From contig CAVZWI010000001.1 in assembly GCA_963778955.1 (NCBI GenBank), forward strand, positions 147,980 to 211,979: 64,000 nucleotides of DNA. The letters are read 5' to 3'. Source of the DNA: an uncultured Chloroflexia bacterium (GTDB lineage Bacteria > Chloroflexota > Limnocylindria > Limnocylindrales > CSP1-4). The notes beneath the pieces were generated by a model. The model was not told the DNA's origin and did not search any database. It saw nothing but the letters and a program-made list of their open reading frames with translations. Of the stretch, positions 50,220 through 58,995 are shown piece after piece (positions within the stretch are counted from its first letter, which is position 1; each line of letters starts with the position of its first letter). The translations under genes and the position numbers were made by a program.

Positions 50220-50746
50220 GGGGCACCCTGCTGTGTTGGCCGGACGAGCATGCGTCCGTCACACGGCCACGACATCGGTGCCAGCGCCCGATCCCCATGC
50301 CCGCTAGCGGCACAACGCGATCTCCCGCTGGCTGGAATGCGGACAGGGGCCCGCAGGTGGCATCCTCGAGCCATGCGCGTCCTGATCGTCGATGACAGTC
50401 CCGGTTTCCTCGACGCCGCCAGTCAGCTACTCCGACTGGAGGGTGTGGCGGTCGTCGGTGTCGCTTCGAGCGGGGAGGAAGCGCTCCACCTGGCCAGCGA
50501 ACTCCGTCCGGACGTCACGCTCATCGACATCGACCTCGGCGGCGATGACGGCATCGCCGTGGCACGCCGCCTAGCCGGGTCGGAGGGTCATCCCGCCGGA
50601 GACATCGTCCTCATCTCCACCCATGCCGAGGACGAGTTCGCGGAGCTCATCGAGGCCAGCCCTGCGATCGGGTTCATCCCCAAGCTGGCCCTCACCGCGG
50701 AGGCCATCGAGCGACTCGCTGGTCGGAAACCTCCCGAGGGGCGGTC
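50220..50746 (+). repeat. inverted repeat copy A (527 bp)
   Basis: Reverse complement of 54048-54574 with 2 mismatches by my base-by-base comparison (G/C at about 50243; T/C in AAGCTGGCC versus AAGCCGGCC). Confidence 0.95.
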
Positions 50747-50783
50747 TGACGGCCTATCGGTTGGGGATGTCAGCCTCCAGTAG
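50373..50783 (+). CDS. receiver-only response regulator (copy A)
   Basis: MRVLIVDDSPGF...VTLIDIDLGGDDG...LISTHAE...GFIPK. Its 3' end overlaps the convergent kinase gene by 30 nt. Confidence 0.8.
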   Translation: MRVLIVDDSPGFLDAASQLLRLEGVAVVGVASSGEEALHLASELRPDVTLIDIDLGGDDGIAVARRLAGSEGHPAGDIVLISTHAEDEFAELIEASPAIGFIPKLALTAEAIERLAGRKPPEGRSDGLSVGDVSLQ

Positions 50784-52660
50784 CGTCCCCTCGCCCGGTA
50801 CGCTGGTGATCTCAAGGTGTCCTCCGAGTGACTCCACGCGGTCGCGGAGTCCGGTGAGACCCGAACCGAGCGTCGGGTCTGCTCCGCCGATGCCATCGTC
50901 TCGAACCGCCACGTGCAGCGACCCATCCCGGTCCTCGAGTGTGACGTGCATCTCCCGGGCCGAGGCGTGCTTGGCGGCGTTGGTCATCGCCTCGGCGACG
51001 ACATAGTAGCCGGCCGCCTGGACGGGCTCGATCAACGGCACTTCCGTCCGGATGGCGAGCTGGACGGGGAGCGGAGAGCGCCGGGCCAGCGTGCGAATAG
51101 CGGCAGGCAGGCCACCGCGCGCCAGGGCGGCTGGGTAGATCCGCGCGAGATCTCGCGCAGCTCGTCGATCACCCTGGTGACATCCCCAGCGAGCTGCTCG
51201 ATCTGGGCTCGGAGCTCCGTCTGCTCAGGTGGGACGACCGCTGCGAGCGTACGGAGTCGGAGCCCCAGACTGACGAGGAGCTGCTGGGCCCCATCATGAA
51301 GATTGCGCTCGATCCGCCGCCTTGCATCGTCGGATGCCGCGACGATACGCAGGCGTGAGGCGGTGACCTCCGCACGCGCGTTCGCATTGGCGATCGCTGT
51401 CCCGACCAGCTCCGTGAACGCCGTCATCCACTCGTCGGCGTCATGCGCGAGCGGTTCCGTGCGTCGCGCGGCCTCCAGCACGCCCCACCGCTCACCCGCG
51501 ACGATGACCGGGCAGGCGATCGAGGACGTCATGCCCATCGCGTTTGATGGCCCTGCCGCGGGCCCGGTGAGCCTCGCGAGATCGTCGATGCGTGTCGTCA
51601 CCATCGATTGCCATGCTCGGTCCGCGATGCTGTCGCCAAGAGGTGTCAACGCGGCCACGTCTACCGGACCGTGACCTTGTTCCCACGCGGCGATCGAGAC
51701 GAAGCGTCCGTCCATCTCGTGCCGCCACAGGAAGGCCAGTTCGCTCGGCAGATGCTGCGCGAGCTCGCGAGCGACAGCTGCGAGGACCTCATCCGGCGCC
51801 CCGCCTTGGGCGACCAACGTGGCCACGCGCCGCAGTGCGGACTGCTGGTCGACGAGCCGGTGCTGCACCGCCTGGCTGTCCTCAAGCGATGCCGCGAGGC
51901 TGTTGAACGACCGCTCGAGCGTCCCGATCTCGGCCGTGCCCGTACCTGGCATGCGAACGGAAAGGTCGCCGGCAGCGAGACGGCCGGCCATGCGGGCAGC
52001 CTTGGTGATGGGTCGAACCATCATCCGGCCGAGATAGACGACGAATAGGGCGATCAGACCCACCGAGGCAGCGAAACCGACCGTGGCTGCTGCTGTCGCG
52101 CTGCGTGCGAGGCCACCCGCGGCCTCCTGACGAGAGATGTACGTCTCGCGCTCCGCCTCTGTGAACCCTTCGAGAAGCGATCGGAGCTCATCGATGCGCT
52201 GCTTCCCTGTCTCTGTCATCGTCACGCTCGCGGCGCTCGGGTCATTGCTCCGGACTGCTGCGATGAGCGGCAGGCCGTACTGCTCGATGTACGCGCTGCC
52301 GGCCCCGATGATCGCCTGGACACGCGCGGCCTGGGTGGGATCGTCGATGGAATCGGCGAGGGAGGACACCCTGCTCGGAAATGCTTGCCGTCCGGCATCC
52401 CACGGCTCGAGAAAGCGCTCGTCGTGCGTGATGACGAAGCCACGCAGGCCGGTCTCCATGTCGATCGCGAGTCGCTGCGCCTGGTCGGCTGATCGGAGGC
52501 GCTCCAGTGAGACCGTGACTTGATCGTCAGCCAGGTGCAGCTCTCTGACGGCAATGTTGAGGCTCAAGAAGCTGCCGCCGATCAGCAGCACGAGGATGGC
52601 GCCGGCCACGGTCATCCGCCCGGTCAGTCCGCTCAGCCGTGCGTCCATCGACCACCTCAC
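50754..52660 (-). CDS. sensor histidine kinase: CHASE3-HAMP-GAF-HisKA_3-HATPase (one nt missing at 51138-51141)
   Basis: The N-terminal TM helix and CHASE3-like region, then a GAF region. H-box RRIERNLHDGAQQ. After ELREISRG the expected IYPAALARGGLPAAIRTLARR...EVPLIEPVQAAGYYVVAEAMTNAAKH...GSGLTGLRDRVESLGG is in the frame of ORF 50754..51041. Confidence 0.85.
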
Positions 52661-53297
52661 ACTCGTGCCATGCCGAAGCGCCGACCCGGACCCAGCCGGA
52701 GCTGCCCTCGGCGATCCCGGCAGGGCGGTCGGAGATCAGGGCGTGTGGCGCCGGATCATCGCCCCCTCTTGTCCGATCACTCGAGCAGGCTATCAACTTC
52801 TCGTCGCCTCCATCGCCCGAGCGCGCCCTCGCGAGCGACTGCACTAGGAACGCATCCGCCTGGGAGTCCGCGCGGTCTTGGGGATCGATGCGGCCGGCCG
52901 TCGCCTCGAGCGACCGAGACGGGGCTGGGTGTCACGCCACTCAGTCGCGGAGCGCAACGACCAGTGTGCTGATCGAGGCATCGCCACCAGGTTGCTGAAT
53001 GCTCCGCGTACCCGTCGGTTCGCTTCTGCTCGCCTATGTTCACGACCGGGCCGATCTGGCTCAGCCGGATCATCGCCCGCAGCGGCATCGGCGCTGTCCG
53101 GGAGCGATCTTCGGCTTCGTAGCCTACTGGGCCAGCCGCAGCGAGCGCGACTTCGCGGCGACCAGTAGCCTCGCGATGATCTTGCCCACGACCTCGGCCC
53201 CTCGAGCCAGCACTCCTCACAACGCCGCAGTCAACTGCGATGGCCGCGCAGCTGCCCCAGCGACGATGGGGCCGAGACCCGTCGGATGGGCTTGGCG

Positions 53298-53990
53298 TTA
53301 GCGGCGGTCGAGGAACGTGACGACGGCGAGCACGCGGCGGTGGTCCTCGGCCGTCTCGGACACCCCGAGCTTCATCAGGATGCTTCGGACGTGCTTCTCG
53401 ATCGTGCCCTCGGTCACCCAGAGCTGATGGGCGATGCCGGCGTTCGACCGACCTTCGGCCATGAGCGCGAGGACCTCGCGCTCACGGGGTGACAGCGCGT
53501 CGAGCGGATCGTGCACACGCCTCGCTGCGACCAGCTCCTGCACAAGGCTCGGGTCAACGACCGCCGCCCCCTTGAGGACCCGGTCCAAGGTATCGATGAA
53601 GTCGTCGACGTCAGTGATCCGGCTCTTCAAGAGGTAGCCGGTCCGCTGGCCGCTCGCCAGCAGTTCGGCGGCCTGCTCCAACTCGACATGCGCGGACAGG
53701 ACGACGATGGCTGTCTCAGGGAGCTCCTCGCGGATCTGCTTGGCGGCGTCGAGCCCTTCGGTCGAGTGACTGGGCGGCATCCTGATGTCGACGATGACGA
53801 GGTCCGGGTGATGCTGGCGTGCATTCTCGAGCAGACTGGCGCCGTCACCAGCCTGGCCCACGACCTGTATGCCCGATCGCTCGAGGAGGCTGGCCAGGCC
53901 CTCGCGGAGCAGGACGTCGTCGTCGGCGATCACGGCTCGTGCGGGCGACTCAGCACGTCGGTCCGCATCGGCGCCCAGCGGCTCTGTCAT
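53298..53990 (-). CDS. NarL/FixJ-family response regulator (REC + LuxR HTH)
   Basis: VIADDDVLLREGL, LVIVDIRMP, and SPREREVLALMAEGRSNAGIAHQLWVTEGTIEKHV. ATG 53990 with AGGAG upstream. Confidence 0.9.
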   Translation of the reverse strand: MTEPLGADADRRAESPARAVIADDDVLLREGLASLLERSGIQVVGQAGDGASLLENARQHHPDLVIVDIRMPPSHSTEGLDAAKQIREELPETAIVVLSAHVELEQAAELLASGQRTGYLLKSRITDVDDFIDTLDRVLKGAAVVDPSLVQELVAARRVHDPLDALSPREREVLALMAEGRSNAGIAHQLWVTEGTIEKHVRSILMKLGVSETAEDHRRVLAVVTFLDRR

Positions 53991-54040
53991 GCTCACTCCT
54001 GACGACTCCAGGATAGTTAGGGGCCTCATCCTACGCGCTC

Positions 54041-54421
54041 TTACCCGGACCGCCCCTCGGGAGGTTTCCGACCAGCGAGTCGCTCGATGGCCTCCGCGGT
54101 GAGGGCCGGCTTGGGGATGAACCCGATCGCAGGGCTGGCCTCGATGAGCTCCGCGAACTCGTCCTCGGCATGGGTGGAGATGAGGACGATGTCTCCGGCG
54201 GGATGACCCTCCGACCCGGCTAGGCGGCGTGCCACGGCGATGCCGTCATCGCCGCCGAGGTCGATGTCGATGAGCGTGACGTCCGGACGGAGTTCGCTGG
54301 CCAGGTGGAGCGCTTCCTCCCCGCTCGAAGCGACACCGACGACCGCCACACCCTCCAGTCGGAGTAGCTGACTGGCGGCGTCGAGGAAACCGGGACTGTC
54401 ATCGACGATCAGGACGCGCAT
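54041..54421 (-). CDS. receiver-only response regulator (copy B)
   Basis: Identical to copy A except for one residue (L to P). The C-terminal tail differs after PPEGRS, where the repeat ends. It lies directly upstream of the NarL-type regulator on the same strand. Confidence 0.8.
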   Translation of the reverse strand: MRVLIVDDSPGFLDAASQLLRLEGVAVVGVASSGEEALHLASELRPDVTLIDIDLGGDDGIAVARRLAGSEGHPAGDIVLISTHAEDEFAELIEASPAIGFIPKPALTAEAIERLAGRKPPEGRSG

Positions 54422-54574
54422 GGCTCGAGGATGCCACCTGCGGGCCCCTGTCCGCATTCCAGCCAGCGGGAGATCGCGTTGTGCCGCTAGCGGGCATGGG
54501 GATCGGGCGCTGGCACCGATGTCGTGGCCGTGTGACGGACGCATGCTCGTCGGGCCAACACAGCAGGGTGCCCC
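54048..54574 (-). repeat. inverted repeat copy B (527 bp)
   Basis: See copy A. It includes 153 bp upstream of the receiver ATG. Confidence 0.95.
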
Positions 54575-54811
54575 AGGGTATCCAGTCCGCCAGGAGAGGT
54601 CGGTGCCGATGCATGCAACCACGGAGCGAGGCGCGCGATCGGGTGCTATGGCCCGGACGACTGTCGTGCGACGATCGGGTGTGCGCGACAGGTCCGAGGC
54701 CCCTCAACCTCACTTTCGTCGCCCATTCGCGCGGCCGGCCTCGGTCACCCGACCCGCGGACAGTGCACCAGTCCCCAGCTCTCGACAGTTGGATCGCCCA
54801 CAAGGAGCGTC

Positions 54812-56083
54812 GTGATCGCGCGCACGGCCTTCGTCGCCACCTCCCTACCCCAACGTTGCGGGATCGCCACGTTCACGCACGACCTGGCGTTGTCGACAGG
54901 CAATGGCGAGATCGTCGCACTGCATCCGCCCGGCCCGGCCCATCCGTATCCGCGCAGCGTCCACCATCGGATCAGACGAGACGAGCGCGAGGACTACGGG
55001 CGCGTCGCGCGATCGCTGGATCGGTGCAGCGATGTAGTCTCGGTCCAACACGAATACGGGATCTGGGGCGGACAGGACGGCGCGTACGTCCTCGACTTCG
55101 TCCGCGCTCTTCGACTGCCGTCCGTCGCCACGCTCCACACTGTGCTACGGAATCCAACGGCGAGACAGCGGGCGATACTCTTGGAGTTGATCGCCCTCGT
55201 GGATGCCACCGTGGTGATGTCTTCATCGGCCGCAGCGCTGTTGGCGAGTGCCTACGGCGTGGACGCTGCGCGGGTCAAGATCATCCCGCACGGCGTGCCC
55301 GACTTGCCGCTCGTCGCTGCCGACTCGGTGAAGCCGGCGCTCGGTCTCGAGGGGCGCAAGGTCATCCTGAGCTTCGGCCTGCTGGGTCCCGGTAAGGGCT
55401 ACGCCCACGCCATCGAAGCGATGCCCGAGGTTGTGGCGGCGCACCCGTCGGCGCTGTACGTGATGGTGGGTGCCACCCACCCGGACGTCCTTATCCACGA
55501 GGGTGAGGCCTACCGCGAGGGGTTAGTCGCCCAGGTTCGGCGGCTGGAGATGGAGGATCACGCTCGGTTCGTCGACAGCTTCGTCGGACCCGCCGAGCTG
55601 GCGCGCTGGCTCGAGGCGGCGGACGTCGTCGTCACGCCCTATCCGCAGCTCGACCAGATCGTCTCCGGGACACTGTCCTACGCGATGGGCGCCGGCCGTG
55701 CCATCATCTCGACGCCCTATACCTATGCAAGGGAGCTGCTGGCCGACGGTCGAGGCATGCTCGTGCCCCCGGGGTCGGCATCGGATCTCGCGGCAGCGCT
55801 TACCAACGTGCTCGGAGACGACAGCCTCCGGGCCGCCCTGGGCCGTCGCGCCTATGCGTACGGTCGCGGGATGGTCTGGTCCGCTGTCGGTGCTGAGTAC
55901 CGTCGTCTGCTCGAGCGGGTGACAAGGGCTGCTCGGCCGGGTCCGCTCTTGGCGTTGGCACCAGTGAGTGGCGAGGACGCCAACGTTCCGGCGGCCCAGC
56001 CGGCGCTGCACCATCGAGCCGAGTGTAGCCGCGCAGCGCGACGCGGCGAGTCCAGCGCTGCGATGGAAGAGACGACAGCATGA
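54812..56083 (+). CDS. GT4-family (group 1) glycosyltransferase
   Basis: 423-aa ORF with GTG start after AAGGAG. GT-B pattern: N-terminal half with QHEYGIWGG, C-terminal half with PYPQLDQIVSGTLSYAMGAGRAIISTP. Confidence 0.85.
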   Translation: MIARTAFVATSLPQRCGIATFTHDLALSTGNGEIVALHPPGPAHPYPRSVHHRIRRDEREDYGRVARSLDRCSDVVSVQHEYGIWGGQDGAYVLDFVRALRLPSVATLHTVLRNPTARQRAILLELIALVDATVVMSSSAAALLASAYGVDAARVKIIPHGVPDLPLVAADSVKPALGLEGRKVILSFGLLGPGKGYAHAIEAMPEVVAAHPSALYVMVGATHPDVLIHEGEAYREGLVAQVRRLEMEDHARFVDSFVGPAELARWLEAADVVVTPYPQLDQIVSGTLSYAMGAGRAIISTPYTYARELLADGRGMLVPPGSASDLAAALTNVLGDDSLRAALGRRAYAYGRGMVWSAVGAEYRRLLERVTRAARPGPLLALAPVSGEDANVPAAQPALHHRAECSRAARRGESSAAMEETTA

Positions 56084-57093
56084 CGGCAGAGCCGCATCCC
56101 CTCGCGCAGACGCCGCTCTACCCCCTGCGCTTCGAGCCGATCTACGAGTATCGCCTCTGGGGCGGACGCCGGTTGTCCAAGCTGCTGAGCGCACCGCTCC
56201 CGGGCGACGATCCGATCGGCGAAGCGTGGCTCTTGAGCGACCGAACCGATCATCCGAGCCGGGTGGCCAATGGACCGCTCCAAGGGCGGACCTTCCGTGC
56301 GTTGCTCGAGCAGTCACCGGAGCTCATGCTCGGAGCGTTCGCCGCGCGCTTCAGTCGCTTCCCGCTGCTGCTCAAGTTCCTCGACGTGCGCGAGATGCTC
56401 TCGCTCCAGGTGCATCCCGCGGACGACCGTTTGGACCTGCTGCCGGCCGGCGAGACCGGGAAGACCGAGGCGTGGGTGGTGCTCGAAGCGGGGTCGCGCA
56501 GCCGCATCCATGCAGGACTGAAGCCGGGTACCACAGAGGACGACCTCCGGCGGGCGGTCGCGAACGGCATGGCGGCGGACCTTGTCGAATCATTCGTTCC
56601 TAGACCCGGCGAGGCCGTTCTCCTGCCGGCCGGGTCGGTTCACGCTCTCGGCGGCGACATGGTGGTGTTCGAGGTGCAGGAGAACAGCGACGTCACCTTT
56701 CGCCTGTTCGACTGGGGTCGTCTCGACCCGAAGACAGGTCGGGCTCGGGCGCTCCAGGTCGATCGCGCGCTCAGCTGCATCGACTTTGAACAAGGTGCCC
56801 TTGCCCCGGTGTCGCCGGTGGTGGAGGAGAGGACGCCCGTCGAGCGCGAGCGACTCTTGGACTGCGACCACTTCCGCCTGTGGCGCGTGCGCGGCTCGGC
56901 GCTCTTTCCGATCGGTGTAGCGGACGTGCCTCGGGTCCTGGTCTGCGTCGAGGGCACGGGGCACCTCGAGCACGGCGGGGAGAGCTACTCCGTGCGCAGG
57001 GGAGACGTCTGGCTCCTGCCGGCAGTGGTCGGGGTCTGTGCGTTTCGGCCAAGCGGCATAGTGGGCTTGCTGGAAGTCGCGGTGCCGGAATGA
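56080..57093 (+). CDS. class I mannose-6-phosphate isomerase
   Basis: YEYRLWGG, LLLKFLD, LSLQVHP, GKTEAWVVL and GSVHALG. ATGA overlap with the GT4 gene. Confidence 0.85.
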   Translation: MTAEPHPLAQTPLYPLRFEPIYEYRLWGGRRLSKLLSAPLPGDDPIGEAWLLSDRTDHPSRVANGPLQGRTFRALLEQSPELMLGAFAARFSRFPLLLKFLDVREMLSLQVHPADDRLDLLPAGETGKTEAWVVLEAGSRSRIHAGLKPGTTEDDLRRAVANGMAADLVESFVPRPGEAVLLPAGSVHALGGDMVVFEVQENSDVTFRLFDWGRLDPKTGRARALQVDRALSCIDFEQGALAPVSPVVEERTPVERERLLDCDHFRLWRVRGSALFPIGVADVPRVLVCVEGTGHLEHGGESYSVRRGDVWLLPAVVGVCAFRPSGIVGLLEVAVPE

Positions 57094-57857
57094 AGCAGCT
57101 GATCATCTTCGACCTCGACGGCACGCTCGCCGAGAGCAAGTCGGCACTGGATGCCGAGATGTCGGGCCTGCTGTATCACCTGCTCGGCTTCGTCAAGGTT
57201 GCGGTGATCTCCGGCGGCGATTGGGAGCAGTTTCAGACCCAACTCCTGTCCCATCTTCCGAACGACCAACGTCTCGCGAACCTGTCGTTGCTGCCCACGT
57301 GCGGAACGAAGTTCTATCGCTATGCGGGCGACTGGACCAAGGTCTACTCGGAGGACTTCAGCGCCGACGAGCGAGCCCGGATCATCGCGGCGCTGGAGAC
57401 GGCGACCGCCGAGGGCGGCTTCAAGGTGCGGAGACTCTGGGGAGACCAGATCGAAGATCGGGGGAGCCAGATCACCTTCTCGGCCCTCGGCCAGCATGCG
57501 CCCCTGGACGAAAAGGAGGTGTGGGATCCCGACATCGCCAAGCGCAGGAAGATCAAGGCGATCCTCGACCCTCTCCTGCCCGGGTTCTCGGTCAACATCG
57601 GCGGGGCGACGTCCATCGATGTGACCAAGCCCGGCATCGACAAGGCATACGGGATCAGGAAGCTGCGAGACCGCCTCGGCATCCCGCTGAAGCACATGAT
57701 CTTCATCGGCGACGCCTTGTTCGTGGGAGGGAACGACTACCCCGCCGAGGAAGCGGGCGTCACCTCGATCCCCGTGCGCACGCCGGACGAGACCAAACGG
57801 GTGACCGAAGGCCTCATCGCCTGTCTGGATCCGGCAGAAGGATTCGTGATCTCGTGA
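57090..57857 (+). CDS. HAD-IIB hydrolase, phosphomannomutase-like
   Basis: IIFDLDGTLAES, VAVISGGDWEQFQTQL (compare eukaryotic PMM GVVGGSDFEK), DKAYG and FIGDAL..GGNDY. ATGA overlap with the PMI gene. Confidence 0.8.
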   Translation: MKQLIIFDLDGTLAESKSALDAEMSGLLYHLLGFVKVAVISGGDWEQFQTQLLSHLPNDQRLANLSLLPTCGTKFYRYAGDWTKVYSEDFSADERARIIAALETATAEGGFKVRRLWGDQIEDRGSQITFSALGQHAPLDEKEVWDPDIAKRRKIKAILDPLLPGFSVNIGGATSIDVTKPGIDKAYGIRKLRDRLGIPLKHMIFIGDALFVGGNDYPAEEAGVTSIPVRTPDETKRVTEGLIACLDPAEGFVIS

Positions 57858-58969
57858 ACAGCGCGGCGTCCGGCTTCACCTTGCAGCGCTTGGGGACGCT
57901 GATGGAGCCCCAGCCCGGGGATTCCAACGAGATCGAGGGCGTGCTCAATCCGGCAGCCGCTCGCGGCCCTGACGGCGACCTGTACCTGTTCCCACGGCTC
58001 GTCGCCCGGGGCAACTACTCGCGCATCGGCATCGCACGTGTCCACTTCGATGACGCCGGCGATCCGGCTGGTGTCGAGCGGCTGGGCATCGCACTGGAAC
58101 CGGAAGCCGACTACGAGCTCCGATCCGACGGTAGCGGTGGCTGCGAGGATCCTCGCATCACGTTCGTCGAGCCGCTCGATCGCTACGTGATGAGCTACAC
58201 GGCATTCTCACCCCGTGGCCCGCGGATCGCGCTCGCGGTGTCTGAGGACCTCTTCGCTTGGCAGCGTCTCGGCCTGGCGTCCTTCGGTCCGTACGACCGG
58301 ATCGAGTTCGACGATGTCGACGACAAGGATGCGAGTCTCTTCCCGGTCGCCATCCCCGATCCATCCGGTCATCCGGAGCTGGCCATCCTTCATCGACCGC
58401 TGTTCCCCGGCACTCTCCCCGAGGAGACTGTCCGCCACCCACCATCCCGCCACGTGGATCTCCATCGCGAGAGCATCTGGATCTCCTACTGCCACATGAG
58501 TGGGGAGGCCGGACGGCCTGTCGGCTTCGGCCGGTTCACCTCGCATCACAGGCTGGCGGCACCGGTGGCGCCGTGGGAGCGGCTCAAGATCGGCGGCGGG
58601 ACACCTCCCATCCTGACCAGGCATGGCTGGCTGATCGTGTACCACGGGGTGTCCGACGAGCGCGAGCGGGGAAGCAGCCGTCTGTGCTACTCGGCCGGCG
58701 TGATGGTGCTCTCGAGGGAGCACCCGCAGAGGATCCTCCATCGATCGGCCGAGGCGGTGTTGACGCCGACGTTGCCAGGGGAACGGCATGGGACCGTCGC
58801 CAACGTCGTGTTCCCCACCGGGATCGACCGACGCGATGACCTCGGTACCCCGGATCGTTTCGACGTCTATTACGGCATGGCCGACGACCGCATCGGCGTC
58901 GCCCGCCTGGACCTGCCGGAGCTTCTGCCTCCCGCAGGAGTGGCCGACCCGCCGGGGGCGACGGTGTAA
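57854..58969 (+). CDS. GH130-family glycoside phosphorylase/hydrolase
   Basis: GVLNPAAARGPDGDLYLFPR, CEDPRITFV, YTAFS, DKDASLFP, GGGTPPI, GWLIVYHGV and YYGMADDRIGVARL. GTGA overlap with the HAD gene. The upstream part of ORF 57221..58969 is discounted. Confidence 0.85.
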   Translation: MNSAASGFTLQRLGTLMEPQPGDSNEIEGVLNPAAARGPDGDLYLFPRLVARGNYSRIGIARVHFDDAGDPAGVERLGIALEPEADYELRSDGSGGCEDPRITFVEPLDRYVMSYTAFSPRGPRIALAVSEDLFAWQRLGLASFGPYDRIEFDDVDDKDASLFPVAIPDPSGHPELAILHRPLFPGTLPEETVRHPPSRHVDLHRESIWISYCHMSGEAGRPVGFGRFTSHHRLAAPVAPWERLKIGGGTPPILTRHGWLIVYHGVSDERERGSSRLCYSAGVMVLSREHPQRILHRSAEAVLTPTLPGERHGTVANVVFPTGIDRRDDLGTPDRFDVYYGMADDRIGVARLDLPELLPPAGVADPPGATV

Positions 58970-58995
58970 CGACAGGAAGTGAGGGGAGGCAGCAC

